Positions 7,381 to 16,814 are shown, counted from the first letter of the stretch. The stretch: DNA of 62,992 bases from Dehalococcoidia bacterium (GCA_038211505.1 JBBQVO010000001.1:1-62992), one strand, 5' to 3'. Numbers and translations are program-made. Notes: generated from the sequence alone by a model not told the origin.

Positions 7381-8180
7381 CGGCGCAGCGTCACATCGCC
7401 CGCTTCGATCGTGACGAGCGCGCCGTCCGCGGCCCGAATCACCAGCGCCCCTGTCGCATCGACGTCTTCGGCGATGCCTTCGACCACCGTCGTCGGCGTC
7501 GTAGCGCGGACGTCCTGGCCGAGCGTCGTCAGCCGCTCGCGCCAGCGCTCGTACGGCGAAGCGCCCGCGCAGGCGGCGTCGTACAACTGCTCGAAGCTGA
7601 GCATGTACGACGCGAGCAGCCCTTCCCGATCGACAGGCGCGCCTGTCTCGATCATCAAGCTGGTAGCGACGTCTCGGATCTCGGCGACGGCGCGCGTATC
7701 GAAATTGACATTGACCCCCGCGCCGACAAGCACGTACGCGTTGCGTTCGTCCGAAAGGTCGGTCTCAATCAAAATGCCGGCGACCTTGCGCGCGATACCG
7801 TCCGTCGCGCTGACGATCTGCACATCGTTCGGCCACTTGATGCCAGCGCGGATGCCGGCGATCGACTCGATCGCGTCAAAGATCGCCAGCGGCGCGATCA
7901 TCGCGATCTGGCGCAGGACCTCATGCGGGGGCCGCAGCAAAAGCGTCGACGCGAGATTGACCGCCCGTGGGCTGATCCAGGTGCGACCGAGGCGCCCGCG
8001 CCCGGATGTCTGATCATCGGTCGCAGCAAGCGTGCCTTCGCCCACGCCAGCGGTCGCGGCGTCGCGCGCAAGATCCATCGTCGAGCCGACGGATCGTTCA
8101 TAGAGAAGCTCTCGCGCGAATCGCCGCGTGTGCAAGAGCGACGTGAAGCGCGCGACATCGAAGGGTGTGGCGTCCGTCAT
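7377..8180 (-). CDS. birA: Biotin--[acetyl-CoA-carboxylase] ligase
   Basis: 267 aa with the BirA signature 'GRGRLGRTWISP' and 'KWPNDV'. No N-terminal HTH domain, so group I. Confidence 0.85.
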   Translation of the reverse strand: MTDATPFDVARFTSLLHTRRFARELLYERSVGSTMDLARDAATAGVGEGTLAATDDQTSGRGRLGRTWISPRAVNLASTLLLRPPHEVLRQIAMIAPLAIFDAIESIAGIRAGIKWPNDVQIVSATDGIARKVAGILIETDLSDERNAYVLVGAGVNVNFDTRAVAEIRDVATSLMIETGAPVDREGLLASYMLSFEQLYDAACAGASPYERWRERLTTLGQDVRATTPTTVVEGIAEDVDATGALVIRAADGALVTIEAGDVTLRR

Positions 8181-8665
8181 CGCGACTCCAGCGCGCCGAG
8201 CGCGTCCGTACAGTGCAGGTCGACATCAAGCTGCTTCGCCAGCGCGACATCCTGCAGCGCGTGGCAGGCGCGCGTCCAGTCGCCGACGAACGTCGTCTCG
8301 CGGCCGGCGCGCCGCGTGCGATCGTCAGTCGTCTGTGGCGACGGATCGGCGATCAGCGCCGAGACATCGGCGAGATTCCGCGACGCCACGAGAATATCGT
8401 GATGGGCGTCGCGCGCGCGCATCGGCGGCTCAAGCGTGTCAAGCGCGGCCGCGAAGGTGCGCACCGGCGGCTGCGCGCCGGCAGACGGCGTCGTGGCGCT
8501 GGCGGATTGGCGGTAGAGATCGCCAGCTGCCGACTCGACCGTCGCGTAGTAGCGCTGATAGCCGGCGAGGCTGGTGTCGGTGCCGCCGCATGCGATTGAT
8601 GCGGCGATCGCGACCGCGCCGGTCGTCGCCGCCAAGAGGCGATGACGGCTATTCGCCGCAGCCAA
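8177..8665 (-). CDS. Hypothetical lipoprotein, paralog of 8649..9203
   Basis: 'AVAIAASIACGG' signal/lipobox. It shares 'L(D/E)(T/A)L.P....(A)RDAH' and two conserved Cys residues with the upstream neighbour. Confidence 0.55.
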   Translation of the reverse strand: MAAANSRHRLLAATTGAVAIAASIACGGTDTSLAGYQRYYATVESAAGDLYRQSASATTPSAGAQPPVRTFAAALDTLEPPMRARDAHHDILVASRNLADVSALIADPSPQTTDDRTRRAGRETTFVGDWTRACHALQDVALAKQLDVDLHCTDALGALESR

Positions 8666-9203
8666 GGTTCACGGGCGAGTCGGCGTTCCGGCCGGCCGTC
8701 GCGAGTTCGGTGCAGGCTTCGAAGAAGCGCTCGATCGCCGGTCCGACCTTCGCTTCGGCCGTGGCGTCGTTGTCGGGCGTCGCGGCGTCCCGTTGCTCCT
8801 GTCCAACGACGATCAGCTCGCGCACCGCGTCGAGCAGCCGCTGGTGGGCGTCTCTCGTCGCGTCCGTCGGCGTCAGCGCCTCGAGGCCCGACCCAACCGC
8901 CTGAAGGTTCTCGACGCCCGCCGCAACGCCGGCGCTGTTGCTCTCCGGGATCGGCGTGAAATTGGGCGCCACTGTCCGCGTCGCTGCCGCGTCGTCAAAG
9001 CTCCTCTGCGACTGCGCGAAGATACGGTCGAGCTCCGCGAAGTAGGCCGAGTCCGAATCGCCGCCGGTCGCGACCGCCGCTATCGACGTGGTCGCGCCGG
9101 GAACGACCGAGGTCGCCGTCGACTTCGTGCCGCCGCCGCCACATGCAGCAGCGAAGAGCGCAAGAGTGGCCATCGGTACCAGTGCAACGCGGGTCTGGGT
9201 CAT
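8649..9203 (-). CDS. Hypothetical lipoprotein, paralog of 8177..8665
   Basis: 'MATLALFAAACGGGG' signal/lipobox. 'LEALTPTDATRDAHQRLL' aligns with 'LDTLEPPMRARDAHHDIL' in the paralog. Confidence 0.55.
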   Translation of the reverse strand: MTQTRVALVPMATLALFAAACGGGGTKSTATSVVPGATTSIAAVATGGDSDSAYFAELDRIFAQSQRSFDDAAATRTVAPNFTPIPESNSAGVAAGVENLQAVGSGLEALTPTDATRDAHQRLLDAVRELIVVGQEQRDAATPDNDATAEAKVGPAIERFFEACTELATAGRNADSPVNLGCGE

Positions 9204-9298
9204 CGGTGCATGGTAACAGCGCGATCCGTTCGGGGATATTCACTGTCATGGTGCATTCGCATCATGACTCGCAGCGGCCGGTGCATCACACTCGAAGC

Positions 9299-9742
9299 AT
9301 GCTGAACGTTCACGGCCTCCGATCGCTTCTCGGATGGCGCCTGTTGCGCGCTTCGCTCGCTGCCGTGCTCATCGCGCTCTCGGTTCGCGAATTACACGAA
9401 CGCTACTTCTGCATGGTGCCCTGGCAGGACTACGGACTTCCGATGGAACCGCAGGTCTTCATCGCCATATCGATCGCGTTTTTCGTCGGGTTTGTATGGT
9501 TGATCGCCGAGGTCGTGGTGGTGGCCGGCGAGCGAGTTGGGTTGTCGAGTGCGAGTGCTGGACTTTTCGGCGTGGCGGGTGCGATGGCGCTATACGTCGC
9601 GATCATCGGCATTGCATGGGCGGTCGATCCTGTGCCGTCCCGAATTGGCTCCCCGATGTATCGGCGCGTCCTCTCGGCATCGTGGGCGGCTGGCTATCTA
9701 CAGCAGTCTGGGCACTACTCAAGCGTGGAGTGTGGATATTAG
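9299..9742 (+). CDS. Hypothetical integral membrane protein
   Basis: 147 aa from the ATG at 9299 with about 4 hydrophobic segments ('LRASLAAVLIALSV', 'VFIAISIAFFVGFVWLIAEVVVVAG', 'GLFGVAGAMALYVAIIGIAWAV'). The start is uncertain; an alternative is 9248. Confidence 0.4.
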   Translation: MLNVHGLRSLLGWRLLRASLAAVLIALSVRELHERYFCMVPWQDYGLPMEPQVFIAISIAFFVGFVWLIAEVVVVAGERVGLSSASAGLFGVAGAMALYVAIIGIAWAVDPVPSRIGSPMYRRVLSASWAAGYLQQSGHYSSVECGY

Positions 9743-9758
9743 GATCGTCCACCTGGCC

Positions 9759-9793
9759 CCTAACGACCAACGCCCAACGACTACTCCCACAAC
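9759..9793. repeat. Heptanucleotide array (CCAACGA-type)
   Basis: cctaacg|accaacg|cccaacg|actactc|ccacaac, located between two convergent stop codons. Confidence 0.6.
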
Positions 9794-9794
9794 C

Positions 9795-11630
9795 CTATTT
9801 ATCCAGCCGCAGCACCGCCATAAAGGCCTCCTGCGGGATGTCGACGCTGCCGACGCGCTTCATGCGCTTCTTGCCTTCGGCCTGCTTCTCGAGCAGCTTG
9901 CGCTTGCGGCTGACGTCACCGCCGTAGCACTTCGCGAGCACGTTTTTCCGCATGGCCCGGATCGTCTCGCGCGCGACGATGCGGCCGCCGATGGCGGCCT
10001 GCACCGGCACGTCGAACATCTGCCGCGGGATCAGCGACCGCAGCTTCTCGACGAGCTGCCGGCCCTGAATCGCGGCGTTCTCGCGATGCGTGATGAGCGA
10101 CAGCGCGTCGACCGGCTCGCCGTTGACGAGAATGTCGAGCTTCACGAGGGGCGCCGGCCGATACTCGCTGAACGAGTAGTCAAGGCTGGCGTAACCCTGC
10201 GTGCCCGACTTCAACTCGTCGTAGAAGTCGACGAGGATCTCCGACAGCGGGATGCGATAGTCGAGGACGACGCGGCCCTCGCCTTTCTTCGTGCCGTCGT
10301 CCTGGATGATGCTGTGCTGCAGATACTCCATGCGCTTGAACTCGCCGCGGTTGCTCGTCACAAGCTCCATCACCGCGCCGATGTAGCGGTCGGGCGAGAC
10401 GACGCTGATGTCCATCCACGGCTCGCGGATCTCGTCGATCTCCTGCGGGGGTGGCAGCTCGGCCGGGTTGTCGATGACGACTTCCTGGCCGTTCGTCTTC
10501 GTGATCTGGTACTCGACGCTCGGCGCCGTTGCGAGCAGATTGAGATCGTACTCACGTTCGAGCCGCTCCTGCACGATCTCCATATGCAACAGCCCGAGAA
10601 AGCCGCAGCGGAACCCGAAGCCAAGGGCAACGCTCGACTCCGGCTCGTACACCAACGACGCGTCGCTGAGCTGCAGCTTGTCGAGCGCGTCGCGTAGCAG
10701 CGTGTACTCGTTCGCCGACGACGGGTACATGCCGGCGAACACCATCGGCTTCGCGGGACGATAGCCGGCAAGCGCCTCAGCAGCCGGCTTGGCGTCGTCG
10801 GTAAAGGTGTCGCCGACGCGGCAGTCCTTGACGTTCTTCAGCCCCGTTGCGACGTAGCCGACTTCGCCCGTCATCAACTCGTCGACGGGATCGAGCCCGG
10901 GACGGAAGACGCCGACTTCGAGCGGCTCGACAGCGAAATTCGTCGACATGAGCCGCAGCTTTCGACGATTCGTCATCGCGCCGTCGACGATGCGCATGTA
11001 GGCGATCACGCCCTTGTAGGCGTCGTACTTACTGTCGAAGATCAGCGCCCGCAGCGGCTTGCCGAGATTCGCCGCCGGCTGCGGGATGCGCTCGACGATC
11101 GCTTCGAGCAGCTCCTGAGCGCCCGTGCCTTCCTTCGCGGAAGCGAAGAGGATCTCGTCGGCGGAGAATCCGAGTGTATCGACGAGCTCCTGCGCGACGC
11201 GTTCGGGCTCGGCGCTCGGCAGGTCGATCTTGTTGATGACGGGGATCAGCTTGAGATCCGCTTCGAGCGCAAGATAGACATTGGCGAGCGTCTGCGCCTG
11301 GATGCCCTGGGCGGCGTCGACGATCAGCAGCGCGCCCTCGCAGGCGGCGAGCGCCCGCGAAACTTCGTAGCCGAAGTCGACGTGCCCTGGCGTGTCGATC
11401 AGGTTCAGTTCGTAGTCGACGCCATCCTTCGCGCGGAAGGCCATCCGTACGGCCTTCGCCTTGATCGTGACGCCCTTCTCGCGCTCGAGATCCATATCGT
11501 CGAGCACCTGCGCGGACATATCGCGCTTGGAGATGGTGCCGGTCATCTCCAGAAAGCGGTCGGCGAGTGTGGATTTGCCGTGGTCGATATGGGCGATGAT
11601 GCAGAAGTTGCGTATTCGGGATGGGTCCAT
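9795..11630 (-). CDS. lepA: Translation elongation factor 4
   Basis: 611 aa with '[15 protein letters not shown]', 'DTPGHVDF' and 'NKIDL'. The LepA-specific C-terminus is '[25 protein letters not shown]'. Confidence 0.97.
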   Translation of the reverse strand: MDPSRIRNFCIIAHIDHGKSTLADRFLEMTGTISKRDMSAQVLDDMDLEREKGVTIKAKAVRMAFRAKDGVDYELNLIDTPGHVDFGYEVSRALAACEGALLIVDAAQGIQAQTLANVYLALEADLKLIPVINKIDLPSAEPERVAQELVDTLGFSADEILFASAKEGTGAQELLEAIVERIPQPAANLGKPLRALIFDSKYDAYKGVIAYMRIVDGAMTNRRKLRLMSTNFAVEPLEVGVFRPGLDPVDELMTGEVGYVATGLKNVKDCRVGDTFTDDAKPAAEALAGYRPAKPMVFAGMYPSSANEYTLLRDALDKLQLSDASLVYEPESSVALGFGFRCGFLGLLHMEIVQERLEREYDLNLLATAPSVEYQITKTNGQEVVIDNPAELPPPQEIDEIREPWMDISVVSPDRYIGAVMELVTSNRGEFKRMEYLQHSIIQDDGTKKGEGRVVLDYRIPLSEILVDFYDELKSGTQGYASLDYSFSEYRPAPLVKLDILVNGEPVDALSLITHRENAAIQGRQLVEKLRSLIPRQMFDVPVQAAIGGRIVARETIRAMRKNVLAKCYGGDVSRKRKLLEKQAEGKKRMKRVGSVDIPQEAFMAVLRLDK

Positions 11631-11694
11631 CGGGGTTCAGGGTAGCAGGTGGGGGGATGGGCGCGGGATGCGGGATGCCTGTCGTTTGATCGAC

Positions 11695-12098
11695 CTAGCG
11701 CTTGGCTGAGACAAAGAGCGTCTTCGCGGCATGGTCGAGGCCGACCAGCAGCTGATCTAGAAAGCCGCGCATCCCGAGGAGGTTCTGGGTGCCAGACGGC
11801 CAACCTGGGCAGAACGCCACGGGAATGCCCAGTCGCTGCCCGAGGATGTCGACCTCAAGCCGATGGACGTACGCGATATGAGCCTCTCCGGTGGCGACGG
11901 CCAACTCGATCCGATCGCCCGTCGTGATGTCACCGATTCCGAGAATCGACACAGTTCTCGGTCGAACACGGAGATCCCCGCGCCTGTATCGAGGACCGCG
12001 GTGATCAAACGCGGTGCGCTCGGTGTGATGATCTGGACCGGGAGGCTGATTCGATGCGACGCGTAACGGTGTTCTTGATCGAATGAGAGACGCTTCAC
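11695..12098 (-). pseudogene. Retropepsin-like aspartic peptidase, interrupted by a 1-nt frameshift
   Basis: The N-terminal frame (ORF 11757..12098) gives 'LITAVLDTGAGISVFDRE', the D-T-G-A active site. The C-terminal part is in another frame (tail of ORF 11695..12417): 'VSILGIGDITTGDRIELAVATGEAHIAYVHRLEVDILGQRLGIPVAFCPGW...NLLGMRGFLDQL'. The frames switch near 11945..11955 at 'gagaactgtg'. Confidence 0.55.
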
Positions 12099-12367
12099 GC
12101 GATGAGGTATTGTTCGCGCTCGGCGCCGGTTGGCACCCGCACGATGAGGGCGTCGTTGATGCCGCGCGCGAGCAACTCGTCGTGCACAGCGCGGATATTC
12201 GGTGCGGAGGCGGCCACGGATTCGCCGAGAATGGCGACGTACGTGCCGGCGTACGCTTCGAGCTGCTCGACATGAGACTCGAACCAGCGCAACTCCGCGA
12301 TGCCAGCCGCCGGATCGGGGAGGATCGCGGAACGCGGAGTTGAATTACGTCGAAGACGGATGGCCAT
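12095..12367 (-). CDS. Small DUF5678-like protein, upstream partner of the retropepsin-like gene
   Basis: 90 aa: 'ELRWFESHVEQLEAYAGTYVAILGESVAASAPNIRAVHDELLARGINDALIVRVP'. Its stop overlaps the downstream start (ATGA). Confidence 0.5.
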   Translation of the reverse strand: MAIRLRRNSTPRSAILPDPAAGIAELRWFESHVEQLEAYAGTYVAILGESVAASAPNIRAVHDELLARGINDALIVRVPTGAEREQYLIA

Positions 12368-12424
12368 GACAGAGTATAGCGCGTGGCCGATTCTGGTTGA
12401 TGCAACTTGCGCGCCACGGCGGCG

Positions 12425-13534
12425 CTACGCCGGCGCGGGAGCGCCCTGCGCCATCATCGCCAGCAAGCCGGGGCTCGGATCGAGCGACGCGAGCTGATCC
12501 GTCACTTCGTACATCAGCTTGCCGAGCGTGTCTCGCTGCTGCTGGTAGTTGGCGAGCGACTCTTCGAGCGGCGCGCGGCCGCTGAAACCGTCATCGATCG
12601 CGGTGGCGAGCAGCTCGGCGTCGCGGAAGGCGTTCGTGATTCCTTGACCGGTGACGGGATCGACGTGATAGCCGGCGTCGCCGACGAGCGCCCATCCCGG
12701 GCCGTGCGGCTTGCGGTGATACGACTCAAGATTCGACAGTCCGAAGAGCTTGTCCGTACGCGTACCGGCGCGGAGTCGCGGCCCGATATCGCTGGCGGTG
12801 TCGATGACGGCGAGAATGTTGCCCTCGACATCCTGCTTGAACGCCGCGAACTCATCCATGCGCCACTCGCTGCCGATACACGTCTCGCCGTCGTTCGTCG
12901 GAAAGACGAACATGGCGCGCTTGTTCTTGATGTGCAGCTCCGCTTCCGCGATCGGCGTTTCGGTCTTCCAGTACGAGTAGAACCCGCAGGTGCCACCGGG
13001 CCGCACTTCGTACCTCTCAGCCGCGACCGCCTCCGCGACCATCGACGATCGGCCGTCAGCGCCGACGACGATCTTCGCATCGGCGACGATGTCTGATCCA
13101 TCGGCGGATCTCGCACGGATGCCCGTGACGCGATCGCCGTCGCGCGTGATCTCGCGTACGGAGACGCCTTCCCGGATCTCAGCCCCGGCTTCGCGCGCGG
13201 CATCAAGCAGCAACTTGTCGAGAACGGTGCGTCGCGGCGCCAGACCAAACTCCGCCGGATCGGGTCCGGCGATGGACATCAACTCGCCGTTGATCGTCAT
13301 GCGCGGCGCGCCGAGCTTCGGGCAGTTCGTCGCGAGCAGTCGATCGAGCAGCCCCCATCGCCGAAGCGAATCGACGCCCAGCGGTGTGAGGAAATGCGTC
13401 GAGATCGTGTCGCTCGGAAATGTCGCCCGATCGACCAGAAGCACGCGATACCCACTCCGCGCGAGTAGCATGGCGGTCGGCGATCCGGCGCAGCGCGCGC
13501 CAACGATGACGGCGTCGTAAGTGGTCGTGGTCAT
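12425..13534 (-). CDS. FAD-dependent oxidoreductase (geranylgeranyl reductase/flavin monooxygenase-like)
   Basis: 369 aa with the dinucleotide fold 'YDAVIVGARCAGSPTAMLLARSGYRVLLVD', plus 'VVGADGRSS' and 'GDAGYHVDPVTGQGI'. Confidence 0.8.
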   Translation of the reverse strand: MTTTTYDAVIVGARCAGSPTAMLLARSGYRVLLVDRATFPSDTISTHFLTPLGVDSLRRWGLLDRLLATNCPKLGAPRMTINGELMSIAGPDPAEFGLAPRRTVLDKLLLDAAREAGAEIREGVSVREITRDGDRVTGIRARSADGSDIVADAKIVVGADGRSSMVAEAVAAERYEVRPGGTCGFYSYWKTETPIAEAELHIKNKRAMFVFPTNDGETCIGSEWRMDEFAAFKQDVEGNILAVIDTASDIGPRLRAGTRTDKLFGLSNLESYHRKPHGPGWALVGDAGYHVDPVTGQGITNAFRDAELLATAIDDGFSGRAPLEESLANYQQQRDTLGKLMYEVTDQLASLDPSPGLLAMMAQGAPAPA

Positions 13535-13550
13535 GGCGGACTCCTCGGCG

Positions 13551-13595
13551 GTTGGTCGCTAGTCGTTAGTCGTTTGGCGTCGGGGTCGTCAGTCG
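13551..13595. repeat. Heptanucleotide array (GTTRGTC)n
   Basis: gttggtc|gctagtc|gttagtc|gtttggc|gtcgggg|tcgtcag. It is inverted relative to the 13683..13717 array. Confidence 0.7.
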
Positions 13596-13682
13596 CAATT
13601 CTACGCTACACGTGGCCCTCGGTGTTCGGCTGGCTGCTCCAGTTTTCGCAACAGGTTCAAGCGATCGCGACGGCACCCGCCG

Positions 13683-13717
13683 CCAACGACCAACGACCAA
13701 CGACTAACCCCCACCTA
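13683..13717. repeat. Heptanucleotide array (CCAACGA)n that runs into a stop codon
   Basis: ccaacga|ccaacga|ccaacga|ctaaccc|ccaccta. The last unit contains the CTA (TAG) stop of the ABC permease. Confidence 0.8.
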
Positions 13718-14479
13718 CGACGTCCGCGAGCGCAGAGCGAGCAGCACAAGCGTCATCGTGAACAACCCCAGTCCGGCGATCGCGCCGAACGCGGCGGCGA
13801 GCGACGCGGGATCCCAGCCGCTGAGGACGAGATCTCGCATGCCCTGCACGATGTACGTGACCGGGTTGATCGTCGCCAGGAATCGCAGCCACGGCGAGAA
13901 GACTGCTTTCGGCGCGAAGGCGGGCGAGAGAAACACAAGCGGGAAGAAGATGAGGAAGCCGAGCTGCGCCGCCTGCGCGCTCCCCGTCTTGAGCGCGAGT
14001 GCCATGCCGAGGCCGGAGTAGGCGAGCCCGAAGATGCCGCCCATCGCGACGAGGACGACGACGCCCAGTGGCCCGGACTTCATGCCGGAGCCGAAGAGCA
14101 GGCCGACGACGACGATCAGGATCGTCAGCGCCATCACACGGACGCCGTCGGCGGCGAGTCGGCCGAGGACGAGGCTGATGCGCGGCGCCGGCGTCAGCAT
14201 CAGCTTGTCGAAGTATCCGCGCTCGATATCACCGACTGTGGCGAGGCCGGCGGTGCCGGACGCGCCGGCGACGGCCTGCAGCACGGCGACGGGCAGCTGG
14301 AATGCGGTGTAGTTGGTGACGCCGAACGCCTTCCCGGCGACGTTGCCGATGGCACCAACGGTGACTGCGAAGAAGAACATCGGGATGAAGACGTTGCCAA
14401 TCTCGAGCGCGGGCTGCCGGATCGATTCTTTGAGCGCTCGGATCATCAAGTACCAGGTGTCGTGGAGAACGAGCGTCAT
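13715..14479 (-). CDS. ABC-2 type transporter permease
   Basis: 254 aa with about 6 TM segments. It overlaps the upstream ATPase gene by 4 nt. Confidence 0.8.
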   Translation of the reverse strand: MTLVLHDTWYLMIRALKESIRQPALEIGNVFIPMFFFAVTVGAIGNVAGKAFGVTNYTAFQLPVAVLQAVAGASGTAGLATVGDIERGYFDKLMLTPAPRISLVLGRLAADGVRVMALTILIVVVGLLFGSGMKSGPLGVVVLVAMGGIFGLAYSGLGMALALKTGSAQAAQLGFLIFFPLVFLSPAFAPKAVFSPWLRFLATINPVTYIVQGMRDLVLSGWDPASLAAAFGAIAGLGLFTMTLVLLALRSRTS

Positions 14480-15483
14480 CGTCCGTGTCCTTTGCTTTGG
14501 GCGAGCGCGTTCTGTTCGGCCTGCGGGGCGACGCTGCCGTCTTCGAGATGATGGCCCGTCTTTTGCAGAAACACATCATCCAGCGTCGGCTGCGCCAGCG
14601 TCACTTCTCGCGCGCGGAGCGACGCCTCGTCGAGCAGCAACACGAGGCGGCTGATCGCGGCGCTGCCATCGGCGACGTAGACGATGACGGCGTCGTTGAC
14701 GATGCGCACGTCTTCGATGCCCTCCATGCGACGAACCGCCGCCTCGCCGCGCTTCAGTTCGTCCGGGCCGCCGTCGATGCGCAGCGTGACAACGTCGGTG
14801 CCGATGCTCGATTTGAGATCGGCCGGCGAACCCTGCGAGACGATCTTGCCGGCGTCCATGATCGCCACCTCGTCGGCCAGGCGATCGGCCTCTTCGAGGT
14901 ACTGCGTTGTGAGGAAGAACGTCACGCCTTCCGACGTGTTGAGCTCGCGCACGTAGCGCCAGATCGCCTCGCGGCTGATCGGATCCAATCCGGTCGTCGG
15001 CTCGTCGAGAAAGACGACTTTGGGGCGATGCACGAGAGCAGCCGCGAGATCCAGGCGCCGCCTCATGCCGCCGGAGTACGTCTTCACGCGGCGATCAGCG
15101 GCATCGGCGAGATCGACGATATCGAGCAGTTGTTGCACGCGGGCGGCGATGCCGCTCGACGCGAGGCCGTACAGACGCGCCTGGAGCTGGAGCAGTTCGC
15201 GGCCAGTCTGGATATCGTCGAGGCCGACTTCCTGCAGCGCGACGCCGATGCAGCGGCGGACGGCGCCGGGCTGGCTGAAGACATCGAGTCCGGCGACCTG
15301 CGCGCGGCCGGATGTCGGGCGCAGCAGCGTCGTCAGCATGCGCACCGTCGTCGTCTTGCCGGATCCGTTCGCGCCGAGAAACCCGAAGATCTGACCATCG
15401 TCGATGTCCAGATCGATGCCATCGACCGCGCGGATCTCCGGCGTGAAATGCTTCGTGAGGGCTTCGGCGACGATTGCGGGCAT
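14476..15483 (-). CDS. ABC transporter ATP-binding protein (DrrA/daunorubicin-resistance-like)
   Basis: Walker A 'GANGSGKTT', signature 'YSGGMRRRL' and Walker B 'VVFLDEPTTGLD'. There is a C-terminal extension typical of DrrA-type ATPases. Confidence 0.9.
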   Translation of the reverse strand: MPAIVAEALTKHFTPEIRAVDGIDLDIDDGQIFGFLGANGSGKTTTVRMLTTLLRPTSGRAQVAGLDVFSQPGAVRRCIGVALQEVGLDDIQTGRELLQLQARLYGLASSGIAARVQQLLDIVDLADAADRRVKTYSGGMRRRLDLAAALVHRPKVVFLDEPTTGLDPISREAIWRYVRELNTSEGVTFFLTTQYLEEADRLADEVAIMDAGKIVSQGSPADLKSSIGTDVVTLRIDGGPDELKRGEAAVRRMEGIEDVRIVNDAVIVYVADGSAAISRLVLLLDEASLRAREVTLAQPTLDDVFLQKTGHHLEDGSVAPQAEQNALAQSKGHGR

Positions 15484-15647
15484 GTCGTGATTCTAGCCGG
15501 AGGCTGGCGTACGCGGGACACGCAGCGGAATGCGTATTTCGCAGCCGGCAACGAGATGGATCCACGAAGGCCACGAGGATCACGAAGGATCACGAAGGGA
15601 AGGTCGCGAACTGACGTTTCGGCAAGGTGGGCGAGTATGATTTCGTG

Positions 15648-16106
15648 ATGGATCGGATCGAGGTTCTCGACGCGCTAGCCCGGACGCCACTATCGATGTC
15701 GGGGGCGATGGCTGTGCACGACGCGACGCTGGAGGCCGGCGGCGACGACTGGACTGCTGCGGACATCATTCGTCACATGCGGGCAGCGGACGCCATCATC
15801 TCGCATCGCCTGTGGGCGATGCTGGTGCGTGATGACGCGCCGCTGATCGCCTACGACGAGCGAGAGTGGGGGCTGCTCATCGCGGCGGCAGAGATGGTAC
15901 TGGTCGTCCAGGTGGAGTCGCTCCGGCTGCGGCGCGTCGAACTCCTGGCGATGCTGAAGTCACTGACCGACGACGCATGGTCGCGAACCGCGGCGCATGA
16001 AACGCGCGGCGAAATGAAGCTCCTCGACGTCGCACACATGCTGGCAGAGCATGAGGTGGAGCATTGCCTCCAGCTGGACGCACTAAGCACGCGCCCTGCC
16101 ATGTGA
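15648..16106 (+). CDS. DinB superfamily protein
   Basis: 152 aa from the ATG at 15648 (an upstream GTG at 15627 is possible). A spaced His triad sits in a helical bundle: 'IIRHMRAAD...', 'AAHETRG' and 'LAEHEVEHCLQL'. Confidence 0.5.
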   Translation: MDRIEVLDALARTPLSMSGAMAVHDATLEAGGDDWTAADIIRHMRAADAIISHRLWAMLVRDDAPLIAYDEREWGLLIAAAEMVLVVQVESLRLRRVELLAMLKSLTDDAWSRTAAHETRGEMKLLDVAHMLAEHEVEHCLQLDALSTRPAM

Positions 16107-16121
16107 CTCAAATGGCGTGAC

Positions 16122-16679
16122 TCAGGCGCGCTCCTGGTACTCGCCCGTCCCAGTGTTCACGCGAATCTTGTCGCCTTCGCTGACGAAGAGCGGCACGTTG
16201 ACGACGAGGCCGGTCTCCATCGTCGCCGGCTTCGTTGCGCCCGTCGCCGTGTCGCCCTTCACGCCTGGTTCGCACTGGGCGACGGCCATCACGACGGACG
16301 CCGGCAGTTCGATCCCGATCGGCTCGTCGCCGAGGAAGAGCACCTCGCAGGTGCCGTTTTCGGGGAGGAAGTCCTTTGCGTCGCCGACTTGGTCGGCGGT
16401 GAGCGGCACCTGGTCGTAGGTCTCGGTGTTCATGAAGTACATGATGCTGTCCTCGGTGTATGAGAACTGCATCGGCACGCGCTCGACGCGGACGCGCGGC
16501 CACTTCTCGCCGGCCTGGAACGACCGCTCGATGAGGTCGCCGCGGCGGACGTCGCGTAGCTTCATGCGCATCTGCGCCGAGCCGCGGCCCATCTTGATGT
16601 GATGAAACTCCATCACCTGATAGACGCGGCCGTCGAGCTCGATGGTCGCGCCGCGCTTCATGTCACCGGTAGAGATCAT
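16122..16679 (-). CDS. efp: Translation elongation factor P
   Basis: 185 aa from the ATG at 16679: 'MISTGDMKRGATIELDGRVYQVMEFHHIKMGRGSAQMRMKLRD...GVKGDTATGATKPATMETG'. Confidence 0.95.
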   Translation of the reverse strand: MISTGDMKRGATIELDGRVYQVMEFHHIKMGRGSAQMRMKLRDVRRGDLIERSFQAGEKWPRVRVERVPMQFSYTEDSIMYFMNTETYDQVPLTADQVGDAKDFLPENGTCEVLFLGDEPIGIELPASVVMAVAQCEPGVKGDTATGATKPATMETGLVVNVPLFVSEGDKIRVNTGTGEYQERA

Positions 16680-16693
16680 GGATGGCTCCGCTA

Positions 16694-16728
16694 GCTGATG
16701 GCTGTTGGCCGTTGGCCGTTGGCTTGGC
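16694..16728. repeat. Heptanucleotide array (GCYGTTG)n in the efp 5' leader
   Basis: gctgatg|gctgttg|gccgttg|gccgttg|gcttggc, located 15 nt upstream of the efp start. Confidence 0.7.
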
Positions 16729-16814
16729 AATTGCAATCGTTCGCGAACGCGAGAACGCTAACGAGATGGGCGAGTCGCGTCCAGTGTAGCGGCCGTCGCA
16801 TGTAGCTTCGAGAT

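Noticed and set aside
11695-12417. 240-aa ORF treated as a single gene
   Set aside because: Only its C-terminal ~80 residues look like protein, and they continue the retropepsin-like fold. The N-terminal part is antisense-like low complexity overlapping the DUF5678-like gene in another frame. I interpret it as the downstream half of a frameshifted gene.
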